Assembly (NCBI GenBank): GCA_026025075.1
Contig: JAPEUI010000141.1
Location: 1-38,412, forward strand
DNA: 38,412 nt
Reading direction: 5' to 3'
Source of the DNA: Vezdaea acicularis
Taxonomy: Eukaryota
Position numbers and translations under genes: made by a program. This document shows positions 1 to 11,641 of the stretch, in pieces. A model generated the notes under the pieces. That model did not search any database and had not been told where the DNA came from. It saw only the letters and a list, made by a program, of their open reading frames with translations. The stretch's first letter is position 1. Each line of letters opens with the position of its first letter.

Positions 1-355
1 GAAAGTAAGGGGACGGTCGAGGAGAGAAGGGAGATCTCTCCGACGCTGGGGCCGAGCGCTGACAGGATCGTGGGTGTCACGCCGAGGACGACGAATGCGC
101 TCGATAGTTGAGCCTTGAACTGCTCGGAGCAATTGTCCAAAATGCACGAGGCGAGCAAATTGCAATTCTGGTCCACCAATATCGATCAACTTGGTGTTTG
201 AAGGGGGGGCATTGATTTTTCAAGAGAGCGCTTACGGCTTGAGTCGTGTCTGAAAGATAATTTGCGCGAGTCTCATGACATTCGTTCATGGATATGTTGG
301 CAATCGCCCCGCCTCTATTCCCAGCTCCACACGGGTAAAATGTTTTGATCGCCAT
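1..355 (-). CDS. 5' part of a conserved fungal hypothetical membrane protein, running off the left edge (true start may lie further right)
   Basis: The ORF 355>236 (MAIKTFYP...ECHETRANYLSDTTQA) splices through a 68-nt GTAAGC...CCAG intron (235>168) into an open frame NCNLLASCILDNCSEQFKAQLSSAFVVLGVTPTILSALGPSVGEISLLSSTVPLL. This resembles a recurrent fungal hypothetical multi-TM family (CIL..S...KA..SA..LLG..PTIL pattern, recalled, not searched). Confidence 0.6.
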
Positions 356-1100
356 CTGAATCGTTGCCTTGATCCTGCGAATTGTGCAGGCCGTTTGATG
401 CTGGATTTATTTTGATACCAGGCCACCGTGCAATCTTCCGTGATCAACACTAAGACTGGAGATCCAAGACGTTAGTGGCGTCGAATAGGGTGCTCTTCCG
501 GCACGCGTTATCGTAATATTTAGATCTGAGGAAACGCGGGCCATACCTGTCCGCTGAACGCCCGATCTACCTCCTTATCGAAACGGGCAGATTCGACCCT
601 GCGGTCGTACATTTAGGCCATGAATGAAGTCGCAGTCAATTTGCACTCCAACCAGAACAGTGCCGATTAAAATGCATAAATAATGGAGCAACCATAACAC
701 GTCGAGCCCAGAGGTAAGTATCAAATCGTGATCCGACTTTGGTGCCGTGAGGCGTACGAGCATGGAGCAGACTAAACCGTATCCGGTGTAGAGCAAGCGT
801 CATTCAGGGAAGTCACCAGTAGTATCATGGAGTAATGCGCATAGTAGCAGTCAATGAACATGTCTATGTGGTTTGAATGCTAGGGAAGCAATGCCTCAGC
901 GCTTCCTCGCATTCGAAGCGGTGGGCAAAATTGATGGCGCATAAGCAATGAGTTGGCATATTTACCCATCAGCATGCTTGCTTTCAGTAATTTCGGGATC
1001 GTTGGCAATTGATGACAATTATTCTCTGTATTAGCTCAATAGTACTACTCTTTTACACTTATTGGACTGTTATGCCCCAACTTATGCCCGCCGCCGGGCA

Positions 1101-1251
1101 GGGCCATTTATGCCTCTGAGTGTGTAACATTTAGCTGCAGGGGAACTCCCATTTAAATGCCTTTAAATGGGTAGCATGTATATATGGGGGAACTACCGTT
1201 TAATGCCTCGGGTTGAGTGCCATTTAGCTATGGGGGAACCCCCGTTTATTT
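1101..1251. repeat. 3-4 imperfect direct repeats with ~47-bp period
   Basis: catttagctgcaggggaactcccatttaaatgcct (1128), catgtatatatgggggaactaccgtttaatgcct (1175), catttagctatgggggaacccccgtttattt (1221), plus partial gggccatttatgcct (1101). Confidence 0.7.
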
Positions 1252-1734
1252 CGACATCAATTTTGTCTACCATTTCGGTGGGGTTGCTCACGTTTGAGCT
1301 TAGCCCGATCTGGTTTAGTGATCCTCCTCTATCGTAGCGTGCGGCAGGGCCCGTAAAACTAGAACATGTTGTGGATATGAAGATGTCAGATCAAAACCGC
1401 TTTGGAGATATATCAGTACCGCATTGAGCTTCTCCATATATTGTTTTGAAAAGGAAATCTCTAAAAAGTCGAAGAAACCTAGTTGCGTTGCGAACCTTGC
1501 CTACAAAACCGATCTATTACTTACGACCATGTACTGTACACCATGCATAGCAGCCTTCGGACCTCAGTACGGGTTCCAGTCCGGCACAAGGCTGCATCAA
1601 TTCTTGATCTGCCTTGGCCCCTCTTGATGGCGGACCAGCGTTCCATCGCGCATAGAACACCACTTCAGATTGCTGCTTCAATTAAGCCTTATTCCTAGCC
1701 AAAGGTCCGATTACTATGTCGCAAGAGCTAATTC

Positions 1735-4700
1735 ATGGCCCCTTCGTAAGTTTGCTCTCTTTCATTCTAAGCTTCCCGTGGACGATAAGCAGCAAGGCTA
1801 ACGTCATGCTCAGATCGGCGAATACCCTTTGGCAAAGGGCTATCGAAACGCTAAGCAAAGAAGACCGGCGAAGCCTCGACGTCGATGAGGGAGAAGATTT
1901 AGATATATCGGGCTTGTTGGCCGACATCGACGCAAAGAAGCAGGAATGCATCGCAAAACGTTGGAAGTTTAAGAAGGGGGACCGGGAGGTTATCATACGA
2001 GATCAGCTAGAAAAGATTATCGTATGGGTTAACAAATTCAAAGAGGTCGGAGACGTCGCAATGCAATATGATCCAAGCCATGCTGCCTTGCCTTGGGCAT
2101 GCGTTCGGTTCCTCCTTCAAGCTGCAGTCAATGATTCACAGATCTTTGGTGCAATGGTTGATGGTGTCGAGCGCGTTGCAAACGTGATCACCAAGCACGC
2201 TATAGTTGAGAAGCTTTATCTTCAAGAAAACCCAATCATTATAGGCGATCAACTCTCGCAGTCCATCGTTAAACTCTATAGTGCTATTCTGGCATATCTC
2301 TCGGAGGCTAAACGTTACTATTCTCAGAACTCAGCTGGTTCGTCTTTTCTACATTCCCCCATGTTGTCCATGGCTCACTGATCGGACGATTCAGTGCGCA
2401 TGGCAAAGAGTGTGCTTAGTGTGAAAGAGTCAAGCATTGAGAGATCCCTTTCCAATATATCGGAGGAGGAGGAATGTGTTAATGGTTACACACGCCTCAT
2501 ATCAAGGGAAGGTAGCGTTCCTCATTCAACTAGTTCCTGATGCTTTATTTGAATACTGAAATTCTAGGTGACCAACATATGAGCGAAGATATAAATATGT
2601 TGAAGGAAATTTTATCCCAATTAGGACGTCCTATTAATCGATCGGCAGCCCAACTATCGGACCTTCATGATTGTCTGAAGAGTGAGTTCTGGAAAGCAAA
2701 GGTTTCTTGCATGCTGACAAACGCAGGGGAAGAGCGCTTGGAAATCTTTCGGTGGATGTCAACTGTCCCCCATAGGTCGCATCATGAAAATACGGGCAAT
2801 GACTTCTTACCTCAATCTGGGCAGTGGCTCCTACAAAAGAGGGAGTTCATCGAATGGAGACAATCCAGCGTTTCTTCTATTTTATGGTTGCACGGAATTC
2901 GTACGTGCCCTTCTAGTGGTTGTATCACCGTAACTGATTCCATCCTAGCTGGCTCCGGGAAAAGTAAGATCGTGTAGGTACTACAAACTCGGTGCTACGC
3001 CTAATAGCTCATATTCTATAGATACTCAGTAATCGAACACCTGCGTCAAGAAGGCTCAGCCCTTTCTGCGCCTGCGCCTATTGCATATTTCTACTGTGCA
3101 CGCAACCAGGCGGAACCCCTACGTGCAGACCCCACCGAAGTTCTTCGAAGTATTCTTAAGCAGCTGTGTAGTTCAAAGGCAAACCTTCCGATCCGACTGC
3201 CAATTGTTGAGAAATTCAAGACAAAAAAAGAAGCTGCTGATGAGGATGGATCTGATCCTTCGAGATTGAAAATCACGGAATGCATTAATCTTATTCTTGC
3301 GGTACTAGAAAATGACCCAGCAACGATCATCATTGATGCTCTTGATGAGTGTGATTCTGTTCGAAGACACGAGCTACTCGAAGCTCTAGACGAGATCATT
3401 CAGAAATCGTCTAGTCTGGTCCAGTTCTTCGTTTCAAGCCGAGACAGCGGCGACATTGTTACTCGGCTGATCCACTCCCCAAATATATACATTTCTATAG
3501 ATGACAACAAGGATGATATCAAAAGATTTATAGATGACAAAATATCGCTTTCTATCGAGAGAAAGAATCTACTCAACGGCCGAGTGCCTGCAAGCTTGAA
3601 GAATCAAATTATCTTAAGTCTAGAAAAGGGGGCACAAGGAATGTAAGTATAAATGTGCTCTGCAGATCCAGTGTGATCAATCTCCGCTTACTTTCGAGCA
3701 TTAAGGTTTCGCTGGGTCGATCTCCAGATACAAAACCTGTGCGACCCTGAGCGAATAAAGCACGAAAATGATATCCGCCAAGAGCTCGGACGGCTTCCAG
3801 AGTCACTGAAAGCACTATACAAGATTGTCTATGAGCGTGTGATGCGTAGCGCTCCTACAAGCCAGTCAACTGCGGAAAAGACAATGAAATGGCTGCTCGG
3901 AGCAAAATGTCCTTTGAGAACTCATGAACTCATCGCAGCTGTCTCTGTGGACAACAAAGGTCGGATTTTGAAGATCTCAACAGAAGAATTACTGGATATG
4001 TGCTGCAATCTAATAACCGTGGATTCTGAACTGGACATCTTCCGATTTGCGCATTTGTCCGTAAAGGAATATCTTGAACAAGACCGGCCAGAGTTCAGTG
4101 TGCTTGAGATCGACGCACTTATTACGGAAAGATGTATTGACACGTACACCCACGCTTCTCGATCAAAACGATTATCAGTAGGAGAGGGGAACGATGCGGT
4201 ATCCAAACAGAATTGTATACTTAAATCGTACGCAACAATATACTGGCCCTTTCATTACCGGAACATTGAAAGAGAAGATCTGCAAGACCAGTGTAAGGAG
4301 AAGATTAGGGAATTCCTGTTTTATGATGGCCAAGCTACGGAGCCATTCGCAACATGGATGCAAGATACTTATAAAGTATCTGAGACATTACGATGGGACC
4401 ATCCTTTGAGGGAATCTCTTCGAGCGTCATTGAGCTCACCACCAACACCACTCTTTTTGGCCTGCCAGTTTGGATTATCAACTGTGCTGGAGGAACTTAT
4501 TCCATCCGAAAGCTTTGATTGCAACAAGAGAAATAACGACGGAACCCCAGGACTTTCACTTGCGGTGCTTCAGAGGCACAAGGACGTGGTACGGCTGCTG
4601 CTAGCGAGCGGGGCCAATATCGAGGCATCAAATGATATCGGAGACACAGCTTTGCACCAGGCCGCCGCCTGTGGGGACGAGGACATGGTGCAGCTGCTGC

Positions 4701-6181
4701 TCTTAAGCGGGGCCAACGTCGCGGCGCTGGATCCACGCGGATCGACAGCTCTGCACATGGCCGCCGCCCACGGGCACGAGGTCGTGGTGCAGCTACTACT
4801 GACGAGCGGGGCCAACGTCGCGGCGCTAGATCGTTATGGACACACAGCTTTGCAACATGCTATCACCCGCCGCAATAAGACGATGGTGCAACTGCTGCTT
4901 AGAAGCGGGGCCAGTGTCGCGGCGCTAGACTGTGAGAGAGCCGCTGCCCGCGGGGACGAGGCCATGGTGCGGCTGCTGCAAGCGAGTAGGGCCAACGCCA
5001 TAGCGCGGGATTCCTATAGAATGACAAATCTGCATGATGCCGCCTATCGCGGGGAGGAGGACCTGGTGCGGTTATTGCTAGAGAGCGGGGCCAACGTTGC
5101 GGCGCTGGATCGAGACGGAAGGACAGCTCTGCACATGGCCGCCATCCGCGGACACGGGGCCGTGGTGCAGCTACTACTGACTAGTGGGGCCAACGTCGAA
5201 GCACTCGATCAACATGGAGAGACAGCTCTGCACATTGCCGCCACTTTTGGGCACGAGCTCGTGGTACAGCTACTATTGACGAGCGGGGCCAACATCGAGG
5301 CGCTGGATCAACATGGAGAGACAGCTCTACACATTGCCGTCGCTTGCGGGCACGAGATCGTGGTGCAGCTACTAGTGACAAGCGGGGCTAACGCCGCGGC
5401 GCTGGATCAACATGGAGAGACAGCTCTACACATTGCCGTCGCTTGCGGGCACGAGAAAGTGGTAACGACCCTACAGATGCTGAGGTGGGCCGATTGGGTA
5501 GCGCGGGATCGAGATAGATCGATAGCTCTGCACATTGCTGCCTCCCGCGGCAACAAGGCCATGGTGCGGCTGCTGCTGGCGGGCGGGGCCGACATTGCAG
5601 CGCAGGATCGAGATGGATCGACAGCTTTATACAAGGCCGCCGCCTACGGGCACGAGGCCGTGGTGCGGCTGCTGCTGACGAGCGGGGCCAACTTCGAGGC
5701 ACTGAATCAACATGGATCGACAGCTCTGCACAAGGCCGCCGCCTGCGGGCACGAGGCGGTGGTGCGGCTGCTGCTGACAAGCGGGGCCAACATCGAGGCA
5801 CTGAATCAATATGGATCGACAGCTCTGCACGAGGCCGCCGCCTACGGGTACGAGGCGGTGGTGCGGCTGCTGCTGACAAGCGGGGCCAACATCGAGGCAC
5901 TGAATCAACATGGATCGACAGCTCTGCACAAGGCCGCCGCCTGCGGGCACGAGGCGGTGGTGCAGCTGCTGCTGGCGGGCGGGGCCGACATTGCAGCGCA
6001 GGATCGAGTTGGATCGACAGTTCTGCACATTGCCGCCGCTCGCGGGCACGAGGCCGTAGTGCGGCTATTGCTAGAAAGCGGAGCAAGCGTCGGGGCGCTG
6101 GATTCACAAGGATTCACGGCGCTAGACAGGGCCGCTCAGGCCGAGCAGAAGACCGTCGTGCGGTTGCTTCAAGGAGTCTGA
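1735..6181 (+). CDS. Fungal NLR-like STAND protein: NACHT_N/Goodbye-like N-terminal domain + NACHT NTPase + ~18 ankyrin repeats
   Basis: Hand-spliced model: ATG 1735 and GT-AG introns 1746-1813, 2338-2394, 2512-2567, 2682-2726, 2901-2948, 2974-3021, 3643-3705, with the frame open to TGA 6181. N-terminal motifs LWQRAI...IIRDQLEKII.WVNKFKEVGDVAMQYDP.HAALPWA. Walker A LWLHGIPGSGKS (split by intron 5), IAYFYC, Walker B IIIDALDEC, FFVSSR, AQGMFRWV, FRFAHLSVKEYL, then TALH.AA..G..VV.LLL..GA ankyrin repeats. Confidence 0.93.
4538..6178 (+). repeat. Tandem 99-bp ankyrin-coding array with highly similar internal units
   Basis: 33-codon period. Units starting 5612, 5711, 5810 and 5909 are nearly identical (5711 vs 5810 differ at 4 of 99 nt). 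One unit is truncated (~4935) and one is degenerate (~5460). Confidence 0.95.
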
Positions 6182-7246
6182 AGATCTCAAAAGTATTATA
6201 AGTGGGGAATCCGCCTCTCCACCCTCCATGGCATACCCCTGACAGCTCATATACTACTTAGTGGTTGCTAAGAGTTCTTTGAGGTCATTCTAGCAACTTA
6301 GTTAGCAGCAACAACTTATTGAAGACTACTAAACAAATCACATATCCGCCCATCGATTGCTATAGCAAATATATGGTTGGGACCTTCTAAGTAACTCCAT
6401 TGTCATATGATGAAAGGTGCGCTTTTTGAATAGCAACGTCGTACTTTTCTCAAAAGCTAGATGGAGGTAAAGAGCTAATCTAGAGAGTCTCAACAGAGCA
6501 GTCCTGCGATGCAAGAAAGGGGTTCCTCACCGATTGAAGCAATCCGTGTCAAGGGCGGGCAAGAAGGCGACTGACGATCTCGGGCCAGGTAGCCACCTGA
6601 CTTGCGAACAATGCCCCTTTATCGCTGCCATCACAACTCTGCTGCAGAGCCAGCAATCAACTTTCCTGTAATGCTCCTCTTCATTGGAGAACCCTCCGCC
6701 AATCACCTACCTGTCGACTATTTGACCTATCAACAAGCGCCTCCATTGCACCATCGTCTGAAAACGGAGACCGCGCAGCGCTAGTGCCCGATATGGTACC
6801 TTGGCATGAGCCTATTTGAGGCGGAGTCGCTTCTCGCCAGCGATTTCTTGCGCGGCTACTCGCTACTACTGTAGCGTTCCGCGTGCGACCAGCCTGAGTG
6901 AGACTAGTCTGTTGCCTGCCCACACGCACGCGCCTTGCACTGACTCCGCGCCAGTTGTGAAGGTTATAGTGGGCAATGTACGGCACATTGCGGACTTCAT
7001 GGAGCAACAGCCTTGCACAGAATGTATTTTTTAACTTGCTTGCCGTTCAGCCTTCTGCATTGCGCCACTTGAGCTGGCTCCGCTTTCAGCCTTGGGCGGT
7101 CTGCTGGCTTCTTGTATGAGGCATCTCCCATCGCGGGCTTGCATCAAACGGTCAGGTAATCCTCTAATCGTCGCGGCATCTAATCTACTCTTACCATGCA
7201 TTGACTTTGCTCTATCTCTTCTTGCAAGCCTCTTAGTCCAGGCGGG

Positions 7247-8088
7247 ATGGCTAACGTTGCTACCTCGACTGCGACGCCCGTAGCCACGGAGACCCCACAA
7301 ACTGCAGAGGTAAAGAGGAATGAAGTTGTTGATACAGCGGCAGATGACTCCTCTCCTCCGAAAAGAGAGAGTGCGCCCTTAGAAAGTGATGATAACGAAC
7401 GCATTATCAATGCCCGAATCACCAGAGACTTCGGCCCGCGGGACATCCTCAGTCATATGTTGCAGACAATTGGAATCATTGCTGCAATCATCTTCGGCAT
7501 CTGGGCGGTTCGCTCCTACAATGTCAGCGTTACTCAACTGGATGCATCGAATGCAGCCAACAGCGCCGCCAATGATGCAAGCGCGTCTTCTTACAGCCAG
7601 ATGCTTTCTGCCGCCCGGACACAATCCATGGCATACGAACAGAACTTGATCGCCAACCAACTAGCTTTGGTACAGCTCTGCGCTATCCGGACTGTATGTA
7701 GTAACCTCCTTTCTTGGGCTCTCCTGATATGTTTACTGACGCATTTGATGGGTTCAAGGGACTGGATAGCGTAGCATGCTCAATTGCTTTCGCATCAGCC
7801 CCACTTAGAAATATAGCCTCTACATTATATATAACCACAAGTCGGTCTGCATCACCAACTGTACCACGCTCTGCGTCACCGACTGCAACCCAAACCAGCT
7901 CAGCAGGATCCAAACCTGCTCCCTCTGGTACAGGGAAACATCTTAGTCTTGGGGTAATTATCATCATTGTTGCTGTGAGTATCAGCAGCGTGATGCTTGG
8001 CATTGGCTGTTATCTCTGGTTCTCGCCTACTCGTAGAACAAGATTTCGCGGAAGGACTCGAACACTTTTCCGAGTCGCACAGGTATGA
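7247..8088 (+). CDS. Hypothetical two-TM membrane protein with Ser/Thr-rich linker
   Basis: Exons 7247-7693 and 7759-8088 are joined in frame by a 65-nt GTATGT...ACTGAC...AAG intron. Hydrophobic segments IGIIAAIIFGIWAV and LGVIIIIVAVSISSVMLGIGCYLWF, the latter followed by a basic tail (RRTRFRGR). Confidence 0.7.
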
Positions 8089-9120
8089 TGTTTGTAGACA
8101 AGTTGGAATTGGAGATGTTTAGGGTGCTCTTTGGGGGGGCGATGGGACGTGGTATGGGAAAACGATTACAATGTTACCAGACAGAATGCATAGACGACAT
8201 GAGTCTCAAGAGCAAACTCTTTATCTGGGAGGTGTCTTATTTCAGTCTCCGCATTATATTCACTTGGTAATTGTATCAGACCCTAAGGCCTTTCCCGCCG
8301 GATTATCTTATGTGATACCCAAGCATGAATCAAAGCCATGGCGCAGAGGTAGCAATGTTGAGATGTTGCAGCTATGGGTTTCCGGAGCGTGCATATGCTG
8401 ATCAAAGAGCTATCATAGCTGCGAGGTTACTGAATTGGGCGCTCCTCTTCGAATATCTTCTCTGCTCGATCAGTGCTACTGGATACGTGATGTTGAGCTA
8501 GACATCGGACTTCTACGTTCTGCGACAGGTGGCGCGGAAATTGGTTTCGCATCTTGGCACGCAGCTGTCCATTGATATTTCTTTTGATCTGAAGACATAT
8601 CCTCTGGTTGCTCATTTTTCTTGATATGTATGAGACTTAAACTGGGGTTGATTTCGGGTTTGATCCTCTGATTTATTGACAAAAGGCGTTTCGGGTAGTT
8701 ACTGCCACTTTCAAATTGGCGTTACATGCCGCGAGATGCCTTGGTTAGTATTCCTAAAGCGTGTGAATTGGTTGCACAAGTCAAAAATATACAAGACAAA
8801 ATTTGGTGCCTTCGAGCTCCCTTATTATGATTCCAGTCATCATGCAAGGTGAGGTTGGTCGTCTCGTAGAGGAAACCACAATTTCTCACGCTAAAGCCCA
8901 ACAGCCGCGTCTGCCTCAACCTTAAACGAACAACCCCGCTTGATACGCCAAAAAGTGCCCGCATGCACGAGGGCCATAGCGGCTCTAGCACGGGTAATGA
9001 CAGATGGCATGCATGAGGCTAGCCCGTGAGCTACGTGGGAGACCTCCCATTTAATCCAACGTCTGTCCTATTTTCTTGTCTCTGCTCTTGACATGCTGAT
9101 ACTACGTGAGTTGTTGCTTT

Positions 9121-9212
9121 TGATGATAAGAGCTTGATCTTCATGCGCTGGGGAGAGCCCCAGACAACGGGGCTCTCATTGATTGTGTACAGCTTTATCT
9201 AAGCTGCGCTGA
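9121..9212 (+). ncRNA. Possible box C/D-like or other structured RNA in a putative 5'-UTR intron
   Basis: TGATGA (9121) and CTGA (9209) lie ~90 nt apart and enclose a 9-bp perfect hairpin (9153-9177). GTGAGT donor at 9106, CTGAC branch at 9282. No target identified. Confidence 0.25.
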
Positions 9213-9398
9213 AGACGTACGTCATTCCAGCACTGTGTTCTGCGTTCTCCCTTCTCCGTTCTGTTCTTGACAAGAGTTCGCCTGACAGTTAGTGCGAATA
9301 CTCGTTTCATTCACTTCTCAACGTTCAACAGTATTTCTGGAGAAACTCATTGCTTCTTTCTTCTTTTCCTCCTCTTCTTCAAACATCAGCGAGACATC

Positions 9399-11641
9399 AT
9401 GGATAATGGGGCTCCCGTTCTCAGTTCTTCTCCCGATCTTGATCTCGATCTCGATCCCGATCCCGCTTCAATTCCACTACCTTGGCCTGCTATTGTCTCT
9501 CCGCCTGCACTAGTCACAGCACAATATGTACATATGCTCACCATGCACGCGGCAGCGAGTGGATACGTAATGGGAGATATCCCAGCTCCTCCACAAGGGG
9601 CCATGTTATCAACAGACTTTCAAAATCTGTATGTTCCGGCTCCGGACGAAGACGTCCCACAAGCGACCGAACCGATCGCCGACTTCAGTTATTGGTATTA
9701 AATGGGAGAACCCCAGTGTAACTTCTGTACGTTTACTAAACATCGATCTTCAGGGACGATTTCGAACACAACCGCAGACTGGAAGGGTTTGTCAATACGT
9801 GGTTCCGTCGTAGCCTCATTCGGCACTCAAAGTACCCACGGATCAGAGGGAACTATGATTATCTAGCCAGAGCCAGCACGAGTGGATCCATCACAAAGGA
9901 TATGCTTGCTGGTGACATGTGCGACTTCCAGGGCCTCAACTGGCAAGCTTTGGGGACAACTTGGGAGGTGGCTAGGCAGTTGCGTGCAATGCAATATTGC
10001 AATTACACGACTACCTACCAGAGCCGTCTTGACGTAAGTTCAAATGTGTCTGCTCTTTGATTCTCCTATTCTGTACTTATCCCTTTTGTATTTTGCGGAC
10101 GTCTATCCTTGTTTGGTACCGCATTGGAGTTGCCAATTCGATGTAAAGATGAAGTCGGAATGTTATCGGTTGTTTGTCCTTACGTTGAGCGTCTTGGGAA
10201 TTACTACCATGTTTCCCCTTTTCTTTTAATTTTTCCACCGTACCGTATCGTTGCATCAAGAACAGTTTGTTCTTATGCACCAAGGTGAATACCCACGGGA
10301 AACCTTATATTGTTTTGGGTTTCGGCGAGGTGTCAGCTTCACTCACACCATAATTCTCTCAATGTTCTCACATCCTATTCTTCTTGTGAACTATCGTATA
10401 TGCTAAGACCAAGAAGACTGATCATGTATCAACAACAGAACGTCGTTGCGATGACGCAGAATACTGGAATATTCTACAAGTTCCGAGAGTCGCTCCCCAT
10501 CTACGCATTTCATCGCCCCAGCCATGCGCATGAACAGCTCCGACATAATATCACCGCTACATCTAAGTTTGACGTCTACTACGCAGCAGCCGCGGGAAAA
10601 CGGCTCTTATGGGCTGAAATGCCAGGCCGCTACGATAGCTACGACAGCAGTAAAAACTGCCGGGTCGTAATGGACTTTGTCTTCAACGAAGAGGCGCAGG
10701 AAGATCCGTTCACTATCAGTACACTGACTTCCTCCAAGGGAAATGAAGGCCTTCTCGTTGCTGGCAGCATCCAGGGATCCTATGCGTATAAACCGATCCT
10801 CACTGAGAACAACGCCGAGCCTACTGTTGGGAGACTTTCGTTTTCTCAGAATGGGATCACAAATCACGTGCACATGTGCTCTGGACGTGGTGGCGTCTGG
10901 GGAACCTTCGCTGTCTTCTGTTCGAACGATTCCGTATTGAGGGAGCTGGATTGCACCACAAACACCATCATCTCAAGCATCCGTCTTTCAATGACCCCTA
11001 ACGCCGCCGCGACCTCCCCAGATGAATGTCTTCGCGTCGTCGTTGGCGATGCCAATATACCCTGCGTTCTCGAAGCCAGATCCGGCAGTTTGGTCACCAA
11101 TCTCAGACCTTTCCGTGACTACGCTTTTGCCTGCGCTTGGGCCGACGACGCTCGCCACTTCGCCGTTGCCGCCCAAGACAAACAAGTCCACATCTACGAC
11201 GCCCGCAACATGTCTCAAATTCTCGCAAAGACCGAATCCGACACCTCCTGCATTCGCTCTCTGAAATTCTCTCCTATGGGCTCTGGTAAGCGCAACCTCC
11301 TGATGGCAGAAAGCGGCGACACAATCACGGTCCTGGACGCGCACGACTGGCGCACCAAGCAGCAATTCCAATTCTTCGGGGAGATCGCCGGGTTCGATAT
11401 CAGTCCGACCGGCGAGAACTTCTTCGTCAGCATATCCGATAACCAACGCGGTGGCATTATGGAATACGAGCGGGTCGGGTGGAGCGGGAAGTACACGGAG
11501 CTGGTGACCGACGAGTGTGGCAACGAGACCCTGGAGAACTACGACTGGGCTTCGGAGCAGGAGATGCGCCAGGATAAGCGCGGGCTGAGAACGAGCGAGC
11601 AGAGGCTGTATTCTGAGACGCTTCAGAAAATGTTCATCTGA
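9399..11641 (+). CDS. DUF2415-containing WD40 protein (yeast Gid11/Ylr149c-like, candidate GID ligase substrate receptor)
   Basis: Exons 9399-9694, 9754-10033 and 10439-11641 splice in frame. Motifs DFQGLNW, HEQLRHNI.ATSK.DVYY, ITNHV, SND, FACAWADD..HFAVAAQD, RSLKFSP, LLMAE, QQFQFFGEIAG.DISP match this family as I know it. Confidence 0.85.

Noticed and set aside
1128..1251. CRISPR-like look of the repeat-spacer pattern
   Set aside because: Eukaryotic context, only three degenerate units, ~12-nt spacers and no cas genes.
1716..1813. ORF-track start at ATG 1716 for the NLR
   Set aside because: It reads through a clear GTAAGT...GCTAAC...CAG intron. After splicing only ATG 1735 is in frame.
5181..6117. 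Long repetitive antisense ORFs (up to 239 aa)
   Set aside because: Shadow frames of the GC-rich ankyrin array.
6200..7240. Search for an amyloid-motif or HeLo effector gene just downstream of the NLR
   Set aside because: Only short motif-less ORFs; no N/Q/G pseudo-repeat or coherent spliced model found.
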